This document shows positions 21,401 to 34,425 of a DNA stretch of 64,000 nt, in pieces. The position numbers were made by a program, and so were the translations under genes. Each line of letters begins with the position of its first letter. Position 1 is the stretch's first letter. Origin of the DNA: Lytechinus pictus (taxonomy: Eukaryota); NCBI RefSeq assembly GCF_037042905.1, contig NC_087251.1:45572001-45636000 (forward strand), read 5' to 3'. Under the pieces are notes generated by a model that worked only from the letters and a program-made list of their open reading frames with translations, was not told the origin of the DNA and made no database searches.

Positions 21401-21931
21401 TCTCTCTTTTTTCCTTAATGCAAAACATGTTCCAATTTCAAGAGTAAATTTCAAATAACCATTGTTATTCATGTATGATCTAATGATTGAATGGAATAAA
21501 TTTGATTAATGATAAAAATTCGATCAAAATTTTCATTTGGCAAAACTTCCTATATTGCAATATTAACTTTCACAAAGTTTAGGACAATTTGACATCTTCA
21601 CATATTAAGAACGATGATTAAGAAAAATAATAAAACTTCCACAAACACAACAAATCATGCTCAACTTACACTATAGTAGTCCCAGCAAGAATACCTGAGG
21701 CCTATTCTATCATTAAATGACTGGTGCCGGACGAGAAACTTCAAAAATGCGACAGAAACCGAGAACAATAGGCAACATGCAGCATGCAGAAGGGAACAAT
21801 GCACAGACTTGCACAAAATGCCCAAATACCCCAATTTGAACAATATTTTACTACATGCAGACATTTTCTTGTGCATGTAAGCCACACATACATCCTATGC
21901 AAAGCACTGTCAATTTTGCACTGTAAGACCT

Positions 21932-22088
21932 GGGATCCGTTTCATTAAGGACTTACAACAGTTGTAACTTTGTCATAATGGCAACTACCATGGTAACAGG
22001 GCTCAGCAGCCAATCATAATCAAGGTTACCATGGTAGTTGCCATTATGGCAAAGTTACAACAGTTGTAACTCTTTATGAAACGGGTCA
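21932..22088. mobile_element. MITE with long TIRs
   Basis: ccgtttcattaagg..ttacaacagttgtaactttgtcataatggcaactaccatggtaac mirrored at the right end. Confidence 0.85.
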
Positions 22089-24487
22089 CAGGGTCCATGG
22101 TAAGACAATAACCTAACAATTCATATGAAATTCTTTCAATGTTTTTTTTTCTTTCTTTAAGAAAGGCAAGTAAAAAAAGGTTTGCATAGTTCCACCCAGC
22201 ACCTTAAGAAATTTGTTAAATTCCAGGTAAAATTCCTTTCTTCTGACGAAACACCTAACTTTCATATATCTTGGGGGTCACTTCTCACAACTGTCATAAC
22301 TAGTCTTAGATATTCCTTTAAAAAGATTCCCACATTATATTAACCTCTGATTTTGATTATTTGTAGTGACATTGAAGTGTATAAATTTGATATCCCTTGG
22401 CCAGAAGCACAGGGAGACAATGTAATTTCACTTCATTATTAAAACTGTATTCTAACACTATTTTCATAGATAATGCAATTTTAAAAGTGAATTCCGTCAC
22501 AGTTGAAGCAATGTTTCATGACAGTAAATGATGTTTTTGTCAGAGTGATCAAACCATTAAGCTATTCCCAGCTTCCCTTCCAACAAAAATATTTAGCCCT
22601 TTGCATTCTGAGACATAGAATTAGAAGTGTAATTTGATGGAATATCTGTAAAACACCTATGAAAGCTTTAAGAAAATAGACACCCGACCATATTTAGATT
22701 AAGGATTGTTATTGATAAACAGTAGATATTCTAACAAGATTTTTTTTAATGAGAAATGTTTAGGTTTAGTTGACTATTTAAGGTGCACAGAAACTTTAAA
22801 ATAGTAGTACACTCCACCCAATTGATACAGTATTAAAAGCAAAGAGAGAAAAAGACGAAGGAGAATGGCTAAAATTCACAGCATGCACACACATATATTT
22901 CTGGGACCTGTTTCACTAAACTTGTGACTGATAACATGGTCATAGAATGCTGTTTAGATTGGCTAAAAACTAATTTGTCATCAAATTCTAGCATTTGGAA
23001 TTAAAGACAAGTTTCATGAAACAGGACTCAGAAAAAAATATGAACATATCATTATCCATTTCAAACCAAAATGATATTAACCCTGCACTAAGTTTGAGTC
23101 AAAAGAATTCTGGCTTGAAGAGGCAATGAATAAGAATATAAGGATTGTTCCCAAATTTGCAGTTAATGTATTTTAAGTTGAAAATATCCATCCATGATAC
23201 AATAAGATACAAAACAATGTTATTGAACAGAGTTTGCAGTACAAGCAGTCTTTTGGCGTTCTCAAACAAAGTATTTTATCATATACTGTATATATTGAAT
23301 GTAATGACAATTAATTATCATTTCTGCATAGTGTATGATGAGTAAATGAAGAATGTAAACTTCTAACTCTGGAAAGTGCATTTTTCTGCTAATTTGGAAA
23401 CAACCCCTTCAAGACTGATTCATATGAATATGAATCATGCCATTTTTTGCCAATTCATCAACAATTTAAAAAAACTTGGAAGATGTAATAAAACCTTGCT
23501 TTATCTCATCAATTAAACTCAACGTGTTAAAATATCAATTTACTTCCATAAGATAAAAACTCACATACCAAATATAATAATAAAATATAGAAATTAAAAC
23601 TTAGCACCATCTTTTGCAATTCCACACACTTTTCATATGATATTTTGTATCAGATATTTTTCTAAAGAACAATATTTTAAACCACAGAATGACAACTTTT
23701 CAAGCAAAATCAATGTTCAAAAAATGTATTGTACTTTTTATGGGAGATACAGTATTGAGCAATGGTATTCATGAGATCTTCCCAAGCTTTTTATTACTTA
23801 CATTGAATTTTAAATTTAGTAAATGAATGGATCAATTATCAGATATAATTTTTTAAATACATTATACCTACTAAACCCCCCAAAAGCAAATTTGATCATT
23901 AAACCTGGCCTTCAAAAAAGAAGCTTGAAACTCTGGGGTGATTAAAAACCCTGTACATCTTTTTTTTTTAATGATACAAACACTCAAGGTTTGTTACAAA
24001 GTTATGTTTCTCTTTGATTATGACAGGAAAATGTACTAAATAATAAATATCATCTCTTTTATTTTATAGTGAATTTACAGGTATTTTAACTGCCCTTGGC
24101 TTTAAACTTCCTTTGCAAATTCAGGCCATGATGTCTTACATTCTATTTCTGATTCCTCCATTTTTAACTACTCTAACTTACCATCAATTACATTTCTTTC
24201 CATTCATCACTGAAAGTAGCCAAATTTATAATTGATGCTTTTGTCTCACATGGGCTCCCATGAATTACTTCCAGTACTGATATAATATCGAATCCCATTT
24301 CAAGAAACTCATTCCTCCTTCCCACAGTTCCATCAACCATTCAGCGTAGAAAGAATTAAGTTTGAAATGCTAAAACATTCTGTAAGCATGTCTCACATTT
24401 CATGTCTGTACGAGACGGACCCTAACAAATACGTCTCTTTAAGTGAATAGCTTATTTTCTTTTTGCAAACAAGCGCCTGGTACCTAC

Positions 24488-24681
24488 TTTGGTGTTTCCG
24501 TCGCCGTCCCGCGAGATGTCGTTGAGGTTTTCCAGCGACCCCGCCCGAAGGTCTGTCAGGATCTCCCTAGAGCGGCTCTTTATCCTCGAGAGCATCCCGA
24601 CGGCGCCGGAACGCTGTCTCATCTTCTCACCTCTCTGGGGGTTCTTCACGTAGTGTCCACTGCCGTCATCGTCGAGCAGTT
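24488..24681 (-). CDS. CCDC88C: CCDC88 exon (ELLDDDGSGH...GDGNTK)
   Basis: tgtag|AA acceptor (phase 1), AAA|gtaggt donor (phase 0), 194 nt, GC-rich. Confidence 0.8.
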
Positions 24682-25860
24682 CTACAATTGAGGATGGGAA
24701 CAGCAAGATCTCCCACTTTAGCAACTAGTCATTTTTTTTCCTGTCAATACACTTATGAATTCAATTTTATATGCAAGGCAATTATCCCCATGTGTCAACT
24801 ACAGTCGTCTAGCAGTTCTACAGTTCGGTCGTCTAGCAGTTCTACAATTGGAGAAGGGAACAGCAAGATCTCCCACTTTAGACACTAGTCATTTTTTTCC
24901 CCTTCCAATAAATTTATGTTTCCAGTTTAGACTACAAGGTGATTTATATCCTTAAGTATTTTGAAATACTGCAATACAAAAAAAAAATCATATTGAAGTT
25001 CTGTATGAAGTTTGCTAATAATGCCATGAAGAAGAATTTGGTAAAAGGGCTCCTGAGACCTTGTATGATCTATATTTTCCACAAGGAATTTCGTTACTAG
25101 TATACTTGAGGAATAAAAACAAAAGTAGCAGTAGGTACTGATTCTTCTCATTATCAAAATGACTGCAAATATATATAGAGTAATTAAAATAATAAAATGT
25201 TCACTCTTGTCTTTACGGAAGGCTTATGTAAAGTTCCCTCTATATAGAGTAAATACTAAATGCTATCAGATTTCATTCCTTCTTTGATTTGGATTATATT
25301 TCGATTTCTTCACCACTTTCTAGTTGATTTGGTTGTCATAGAAACATACATGCTATCCATGCATCATTCTCAAGAGTGAATTCATAGTTTCGTTTTCAAA
25401 CCAACAATACGGTAAAAATCAATAAAGACAAAGAAAACATGCATTAGAGTTCAGCTCCATTCAAAACTCAAATTCACGAACAAGAAAAGGACAACAAAAT
25501 ATAATCATAATTACAATCTCCATTTTAGGACTCATGTTAGTATTGGTAAAAAGAAACATTGATGGAAATCAGATTGAAACTAAATGGCAGATAATTTGTT
25601 AATGAACGTAAAACCATTAAGAGGAGGGATCACAAAGAAAATATGATGGTCAACAAAACCACATTTGTTAATAAACATATACCAGTAATAAGAGGAATCA
25701 GAAAGATAATATGAGAGGCAAGTGGTCAACTCAACCACTGAAGGTTAATTATTAAGCACCGCACACCAAAGTCTACTGAGGTTGGATTCTATTTAGGAGG
25801 GCAAAATCTACTCAAAAGGGGCGTGTCTAAAGAAGAATAAATGGGGGTTAATGTGATTAC

Positions 25861-26058
25861 CGCTTCCACCTGTCGGCGATCGAGGGGGCTTGGACGGTGG
25901 AGATGTATTCTGGGAAGAAGAGTTTGGCGTCGAGGTGTGCTGGGGCCTCCCGTTGGTGGCTGTTGGGATGGCCGACGTGGACGGTGATTGGTTGCAGCTG
26001 GTGTTGAGAGCACCGCTGCTCTGAGACGTCCGCAGTGCACCTCTTCTTATTTCAGATT
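25861..26058 (-). CDS. CCDC88C: CCDC88 exon (ESEIRRGALRTSQS...PTGGS)
   Basis: caatag|AA ... AGC G|gtaatc, 198 nt, phase 1-1. Alternative acceptor at 26040 possible. Confidence 0.7.
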
Positions 26059-27289
26059 CTATTGGTGTAGCATTCATGATGATGATGTGGGTGTTGGGTG
26101 TACAGTGTTTATTGATGAGTGTTTAGGTTTGGCGTTTGGAGGGAATGTAAAAGGGCATGCAAAATGTTACGTGGCAGAATTTGAATGTTGATTTTATCAA
26201 TATTTGGAATGCATGCCATCCAAAGAAAAAAAAAATTGTTGGTTGGTTTATGTTTTTTAGATTTAAGCCAAAGTCACGTCATTATAACCAAAATATATCA
26301 TAGAAAATTTTATGAAACCAAAATAAATGCAAAATAATACCAAAAAGCAGTTCAAATGGTATGTTGGAAAAACAATTTTTTTTTGGGGGGGGTGTGATCA
26401 AGTCAGCGGAGTGGAATCAATGTTAGATGTCAGATTGTTAATAATGGTGAGGGATAAGAGAAAGATGAAGTGTTAGCAGTTAGAAAGGCAAAAACCGGTT
26501 TGATTATAGAAACTGACTTATGCATGGATACACATTATAATTGCTGAGTATCAAAATATTATGTTGATATCAATTTGGTAGAGTTATTTTTTTCTCATGT
26601 AGATTGGAAAAGTTTTTTTTTAATTCACCAAGAAACAGACATTTGAAAATAACCAGAAAAAAGAAAAATAAGGGAATACATGATTCTATATTTGGTTATT
26701 AACTTTGAATAATTATTTTCACTATTTTGCTACAAAAGGCATCTAAATTAAGTATCCATACATAAGCCACCTATAATAGTTAACCATTTAAATAGAGAAT
26801 ATCCACTTTCCCCAGAGTTAAATGAAATTTGAAATAAATACAATACTGTCAACAATAAAAAAATGAAATGGTTAGACAGAAATGTCAATTAATAGCTGTA
26901 TTCAAGAAAGAGCATGTAAAATCAACAAAAGCATGAATGACTGCAGCATGGATTAAAATAAACCATTTAGGGATGCTACATTCTTACTCTGCCTGCTTAC
27001 ATCACAGCAGAACAAATACATAATTAAATCATCAAACATAATATTTCAATTTAAAATGCTGCCTTCTCGAAAGAGTTTGAGGTTGTTATTAGATGGCAAT
27101 ATGAGCAAATAGTTATTTAGTCACATCAATCAGTTAAACATAACAAGCTTTTCTTATTTTCTTATCATAATATAATCAGTGTTTAGGGGCCTGGCAATGA
27201 CATAATGCTTGTCAGAGCAAGATAATGTTTTGAGAATAGAATTCATGGAGCAGATCACTAAGAAATGTAGCTCGCATTAAATCAAGATC

Positions 27290-27427
27290 AGGGGAAGGTT
27301 TCATAAAGATTTTTGTCAGTGCTTTCACTGACAGATGTTATAAGCTACTGGGAATTCTTGCATCTGATTGGCTGACAGTATCAAAGTCGGTGAAAATCAG
27401 TGACAAAACTATTCATGAAATGCTCCC
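27290..27427. mobile_element. MITE; related copy at about 31158-31285
   Basis: ggggaaggtttcataaag ... ttcatgaaatgctccc with internal tctgattggctga. Confidence 0.65.
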
Positions 27428-28460
27428 TAGTATTCGTTAGAATATGTAACTTTATTTTATGATTTTTTTTTTTACTTTAGTTGTCAATATTTATCACCAG
27501 GAAAAGCTTTCAGCACAATCATTATACAACTTTGGAGTAAAATAATCACCAAATAGTAATACAATCCATGAGAAAAAAAACACACCAATACTTAAAAAGA
27601 ATCAATGGAAAGAAATGAAAACAATACAAAATTAATCACTTAGATTTGCCAATTACATAAGAAATACATTTCAAGTACCACTGGTGACAAAGAAATACAT
27701 TTGAAAAAAAAAAGTGATATGGAATGTATGAATTTGCACTTGTAGACAATATGATAACCAACAGACAGCATAATTGATAAGTTAAGAAGCAATAATATCA
27801 GAGCATCATGAAGCAAATAAATAATCATTGATGAATGAAAGGATTTCTGTATGTACATATATATAATCAAATATATCCCAAGATGCAATGCAAGATCACA
27901 TGATGCACAAAATACAAACATGCACACGAGGTGGGGGAACATATCAATAAGGGACATTTTGTATGTGCCTGTGATACAACAGCAGAAGGATATCATTGAA
28001 ATATCATGGAAGTGTGAGAAGAAAAGAATATTCATGCATCGACTGAGCTATACAGGAACTGAAAGGTGTAACTGAAATAAAAAGGAATAAAGATTGGGAT
28101 TTCAAAGGCAGAAAATAAAATTAAAGATAGGATAGAAAGCGACGATTGGCAGAGATAGAGGTAAAGGCATAGTAGGAGTAGAGATGAAGGAAAGAGGAAA
28201 GGAAAGGAATAATGGGGAAAGGGAAAAGAGTGAAAGAAGGCATAAACCGAGATGACCAAATTCTCTGACAGGGGGGGGGGGGGGGGCACCCCATTCAAAA
28301 TCTCGAATTTAAGCAATATGAAAAGAACATAGAATATGATGGATAAAATTGAAAGCAAGCAGGGTTTTCAGGAGGAACATAAGAAAAAGAAACAACTAGA
28401 ACTGATGGGGACTAGCGTAAAGAAAAGAATTTTTGAAAAGCAGCATAAGAATAGAGCACA

Positions 28461-28960
28461 GGGGCCCTGTTTCATAAATAGTCACAACTATGGTAACTGT
28501 GCCATTAACAGCAACTACCATGGTAACCTTGATTGTGATTGGCTGCTGATTGAGCCCTTTTACCATAATAGTTATTTTTTTATATAGTGCTTTTCCCATA
28601 ATGGCCCAAAGCGCTTTACAGCATATTACCCTGGTCATCGGATCCTTGCATGCCCGCGTACAATGTATGCACCTTCTCCACTCCCTGGGGAGCATTCCAA
28701 AAAGAGTTCCAAGACTCAATTGCTAAGCATACTACATAGGCTTTTGCGTATCCTACCGGGTACCCATTTAGCAACTGGGTCAAGAGTGGCAAAGTGTTAA
28801 TTAACGCCTTGCCAAAGGACGCTAGAACGCAATGAGATTCGAACACACGACCCTCTGTTTTCAAGGCGAGAGTCAGAACCACTTCACCTAGGCTCTTACC
28901 ATGGTAGTAGCCATATTGGCATACCTACAATGATTGTAGCTCTTTATGAAACGGTCCCCA
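28461..28960. mobile_element. MITE interrupted by a SINE
   Basis: gggccctgtttcataaa ... tttatgaaacggtcccc. Internal sequence resembles 21932-22088 once 28567-28895 is removed. Confidence 0.8.
28567..28895 (-). mobile_element. tRNA-derived SINE with L2-like 3' tail
   Basis: Minus-strand head with A-box-like taggtgaagtgg and B box gttcgaatc. Tail gtaaagcgctttgg..gaaaagcactatataaaa. TSD ttaccat at 28560-28566 and 28896-28902. Confidence 0.85.
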
Positions 28961-29053
28961 GAAGTGACAGAGGGAAGATGCCCTTGACAGAGGAGAAGGA
29001 TAGAAAAGTGGTGCATCTTGATGGAGGAAATACATAGGGAATAGTGTGCATAC

Positions 29054-29146
29054 CAGTGTAGTTGAAACTGTTGGAGACAGACGAAGGAGAGACACTAGAG
29101 GGCGGGCTCTCCTCCACGGAGTACAGGTTACTGCTCCGACGATGAG
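29054..29146 (-). CDS. CCDC88C: CCDC88 exon (AHRRSSNLYSVEESPP...NYT)
   Basis: aacag|CT ... ACT G|gtatgc, 93 nt, phase 1-1. Confidence 0.65.
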
Positions 29147-32010
29147 CTGTTCCGATCAGAGACGTTGAAGTTTGGGGATGGGGGGGGGGGTACACAATGG
29201 ATACACATCATCAATGAGGATGGGCTTTGGTAAGGTTAACCTCTTGATACTTGGGTATAGCGTGGAGAGTTTAACATGTTATATCATAGCACATGGAGAG
29301 AGACAGTTGCAAATTTGATAATTCATCAGGCTAAACAAACGTTCCATGATAAAGGTATTAAATTCAGAAGGGGGCATTGTAAATTCATTGGCTAATATTC
29401 CCTTTCTCTTCCCTCTGTGGAAAACATTCTAGCTTGTTTACCTAATAATTTGGAATGAGATAATAATTTGTATCCGGTGAATAAAATCTTCCGAACTAAA
29501 GCACTTTACACCCTAAATCTCAATTTTAAGATATGTTGAACTGGTTAAATCACATATGACGGACATCAACAAAGGAGTTGAATTGCTGTAAATTAGGTTG
29601 CCAATGTGACTTTCTTAAACAACAATCAACAGAATGATAATTTTTTCAAAACTATCAAAACAGACGGAAAAATTGGTTATCAATACCATCTCCTGACCTT
29701 CAATAGTGGTGTTTGTGCAACTTCATCTCGATATATGCTATGAGTTTGATACTCGCAAGGACTATGATTATGAGAATCTTTGCCCAACATATCATCCATC
29801 AGGTTAACTTCTACACCAGCAAGAAACAAGAGGCTAACTTACAAAATGTACACAACATGTACAAGTATACTTGATGATACAGTTACACCAGCGAAACTGA
29901 CTCCAGACCACCAAACCACGTTATATTATTTCCAATGGCATACCATAGGTCAGTTTGGTGTCAGTTTAATTAATGTGACTGTAGCATAATGATAATGTTC
30001 AAATGTACACAAGAGCTCATGTAACATAATGTCCCCCTCCCTCCCAGTGTATGAAAAGAGTAAAGCAAATGACTATGATATATTATCAACAGCTAGAGTT
30101 TACTGCTTGAGTCCTCAACATAATGAATTACTAATCATGGGTGGAAACTTGTTAGCACTCAAGATAAAGAGTTTTATTTGCTATTTTGCCCTATCTCTGT
30201 GTTCACCCCCCCCCCCCCACCCTTACAGTTTTATTAGAGCTTTCGTCATGTTATGATGAATATTTTCAAAAAATTAAGAAATAATTCTGGATACAGGCAC
30301 TAATGCTAGGCTAAACATACAATTCAAATATTCTGACATTTATAATTCAACTTCAATTTCATGAAAACATTTTTTTGTAAATATTTCGAGTGAATAAATA
30401 TTCATGCTGAAAATCTAATAATGATAACATATTGCTTGATAAAAATATTCTACATTATATGGGAAACAGATAAAGAATAAATTGAGAAAATTTCAAGATA
30501 AAGTTGAAATTCATATTGGCATATTGTTTGTTGATAAATGCAGCGTAAGTAATATTGGTGGGCTGGAATGACTAAGCATTGGACTGCTGACTGGCGATGA
30601 GTTCAAAATTGCATGATGTAATAACTACGACTGTTAAAATATATGACAGCATTTGGCATGAAATGTGAAATTATTTTTTAGTACTAGAAGCATTAGGCTA
30701 TATAGTTAAATTATTGCACTACACTGGGTGCTTTATTCCTTTATAATGTTATCAAAGAATATCAGCTCAGGGGTTCATCATTCACTACTGCATTCACTTT
30801 TTTTCTCATTCTAATTTATTTTTGTTAATTCTGACCTTTTAAGAGTAGTTTCTGCTTTCAAAGGTTTGATTGAATCATCAATTGCAGTGCTCCCTTTTTA
30901 AAGCAATTTGTATCAAACTTTTTTGGGGGCAAATAATCTGACATTAGAAGCAGCAGATATAACTGTATATTGCAAACAAAGTCACCCACGTAGAATGTAC
31001 AATGGTATCTTCAAAGCTGAGAGAAATGTATTTTAGCATTGATTAGCATTACAGGTACTTTCCATTCTTTTAGGTCCAACTAAGCAATCATGGAAGAGGA
31101 AACGGAAAGAAGTCTTAAAGAATCACCAGTTTACATCACAATCTATTTAAATATTTTCAGGGGAGCATTTCATGAAGAGTTTTTCAGTGACTTTTTATGA
31201 CAAATTTCCTCTGAGCCAATCAAACGCAAGGATTTTGCTAGCTTATAACAGTGAAAATCGCTACTTGTTTCATGAAATGCTCCCAAGCCTAAAATCAAAG
31301 AGCTGTTTGAGGTTCAGTCTTTGCCTCTCAATCAATATCAGCTTCATGGCTACAGCACGCTGATGAGAATTTAGGAATTGAAGAAACCTAATTCATCCTC
31401 GAGAGCGTGTTTTACTTTAAGAGAAGGGGAATTTGAATACAGCTAAAGGAAAGCATGAAGGGATAGGGTGTTAAGAGCATGCTAATAACTTGCCGAGGAT
31501 TATATCATGTTACATGTAAGCTAAAAGCAGCAAATGCACGATTAGTAAAAGTTAGTAAGCATCATAAAACCACACATCTTAGCATTTCAAAACTATATTT
31601 GTCTATATGCAAAAACAATTAGGGCATTCTTGCCTTTTTAGCTCAAAATTCATCTTTTTAGATTCCATGAATTGCTAAGTTTTGATAATAGGCAAGGCAA
31701 GGAGAGATTTCAAAACACAGGTCTTAATTGGAGAGCCAAATAAGGAATATGAATGTGTTTTTTATTTTAAATATGTGAATGTATTTCTGTTAGAAACTCC
31801 TTTCATTACTCCAAAATTGTTTTATTTTAGACACATAAATGCATAGTCGAAGAACTTGAATAAAACTTGAAACTTCAAACTATGTTACACCCACTGCCGA
31901 ACAAGTCCTCATCACAACAAACTCAAGCACGTCAACAAAACACAACAAAAACACCGTTTTAAAGAATGAGCAGGGGTAAAGCATTAGTGCAATGCATGCT
32001 GGGTAAGGGC

Positions 32011-32039
<29 letters not shown>
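32011..32039. repeat. (GT)n microsatellite just downstream of an exon donor
   Basis: tgtgtg... run directly visible. Confidence 0.95.
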
Positions 32040-32041
<2 letters not shown>

Positions 32042-32047
32042 TATTAC

Positions 32048-32173
32048 CTCTGTCTGATTGGCTGTCCTGTGATTGTGTGTCGTGCAGCATGGGGGTACTG
32101 ACACTGGGCATCATACCTTTATCCAGGGAGTCACGGGACATACGCAGGTCCTCGCTAGACATGCTGAAGGCTC
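32048..32173 (-). CDS. CCDC88C: CCDC88 exon (GAFSMSSEDLRMS...SQSDR)
   Basis: tacag|GA ... AGA G|gtaata, 126 nt, phase 1-1. Confidence 0.7.
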
Positions 32174-34296
32174 CTGTACCACCGATGGAATGGAGGATGG
32201 TGGATGGATGGAGGGACGGACGGACAGACAGAGGACAAGATGGATGTGATGGAATGGAAATGGAAGATAATTGAAAGGACATGTAGCAGGTTGGGGGCAA
32301 TGATTGATCAGTACAAGGTGTGTAAAAAAAAAAAGTAAATGGCAAGGAAATAAAAATGGATGGTTGAATTATGCAAGGGATGGAATAGAATGATTGATTG
32401 GGCCAATGGCATGTTGGGTCAGTGTTTGAGGAGTACAGGGTGTTTAAAAAAAAGGAAATATCAAGAAAACGAATGTGAACGGTTAATAAGGGAACATCGA
32501 GAGAAAAGGTGGTTAGTTGGGTCAGGGAGGGGTTGGAAGTGTTTCAAAAAATATAGGGTGTGTAAAGAAAAATAGAGAAATATTAGAGCAGAGAACATGA
32601 AGCATTACCAAGAGAGTATAAACAGGCGCAGAGGTGTAGGATAAGATCAGGGACGTAGTCAAAGGACAAAAAGAACAGTAGTGATTTTGATCAGGGTAGG
32701 GTTAGGTGTGGTTACAAAGTACAAGGTGTGTAAAAAAAAAAACAAGGCAAGATGGGGATGGCATAAAAAGGACCAGCAGTTAGTTTGGCAAGTGCGTGGA
32801 AGTGAGGTGTGTCGACAAGAGGGCATTAACGGGAGGTATCATCGGTATACAGGTTGAGGGAGTGGTAGAAAAAATTATAAGGGAATGTTTTTAAAACATA
32901 TGGGGGTATGGACAGTAAATATTAATAGGATTTTTTTTTTTTTTCAATGGAAGAGAGAGTGCATAGGGGGGTGAATATGCATCGAATTAAAATAGGCCAA
33001 TCAGAAATAGATTGTCATTGCATTTTTCAATTGAATATGTGTTAGTTTAAAAAAAAAAGGAATTTGACAAAATCAAGAGGATGCCATTTCACAAGAAAAG
33101 GAAATGGCACAAACAGTAGGAAGGGGGGGGGGGGGGCCATAACAATGAACATAAATTGGACAAGAGGGTGGGTTTGAAAATGATAATTGAATTATGAAGA
33201 AGTTGACGATAATGAAACATGACATGGGGATTGAGTGAAAATGATAAGTGTACAAAAATGTTCAGAAGCAGGGTTAAAAAATTAAAAATAAAAAAAATGA
33301 ACAATAAACATTGATGCAAATATGTGGGTAAAGTGCCCAGCAAGCATTCCATAGATATAAGTTGCAAATTGTGTCAGGATTTATTTTATTTTCAAACAAA
33401 ACATTGGCAATAATAAGTCAAAGAAAATAAATAAACATACGAGTGTAACGAAAATGTAAGCATAATATTAATAATTCATACCATCATATGAAACATGATA
33501 TTACCATCAATAACATATATTGAAATGCATGCAATTTCCATGTGACACATATATGTTTGTTGTTTAACAATTTAATCAATTATAACATGAAATGCAATGA
33601 GATACCAACTAGAAAATTAGAATGCACTGACGGAATTAAATTGAGCCAATACGTTCAATTCCACCCCTTTTTTGTGCTTGTTATTGTGGTTGCTCAATTA
33701 ACTTATGATTTCCATGTACCAACCTCCACTCCCTGCTACCCCCATCCCCTAAAAAGCAACTTCTGATCGAATCCAGAACAGATCAATCCAAGGAAACTTC
33801 AACAAGGGCAATTCCATAAAATAATCAACCTTTTTAACAGTCAGACTCCCATTTTGTCAATTTTACCTCACTTCATAAACTCCTCGAGCCATGATAAAGT
33901 GAGAGCATTACAGCGTTTCATATATCAAAAATAAAATTGGAAACAAATGATTTTTGGAAATTTCCACATGTTGCGTAGCCCATATTGCCTATACCATATT
34001 GCCTTTATGCAAAATAAGATTTTTAAAGTCTAAAATAAAAGATGATTACAGAATGGACATTTTTCCTCCTCTGAAGTTGGTACTGTACGACCAAATAACC
34101 CACCTTATCCTCATGCCCTGCTATAAAAAAGAATATGCCCTTTTGAGGTATGCAGTTGCAAAACGGTAATAGCAAAGCAAAATAAAATATATTACATTGG
34201 CCCAATATCTGCAACAAAATTTGTGAAATAAATGAAAGCTAAAATAACCGAATTTGTGCTCTTTTTTTTTTTTAATTGAGGTGGTTTGATATGTAC

Positions 34297-34425
34297 CTTT
34301 GGAATCTGAATTTCCATCTAATACATGTGAAGGCATGGATTGTCGATTGGCTGCTGATGCTGTAAAGCTGTCTCTCTTTCTCCTAACCACTGAGTTGTTG
34401 CTATCCAAGCTTGCTCTCCTATCGT
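34297..34425 (-). CDS. CCDC88C: CCDC88 exon (DDRRASLDSNN...NSDSK)
   Basis: aacag|AC ... AAA G|gtacat, 129 nt, phase 1-1. Confidence 0.75.
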
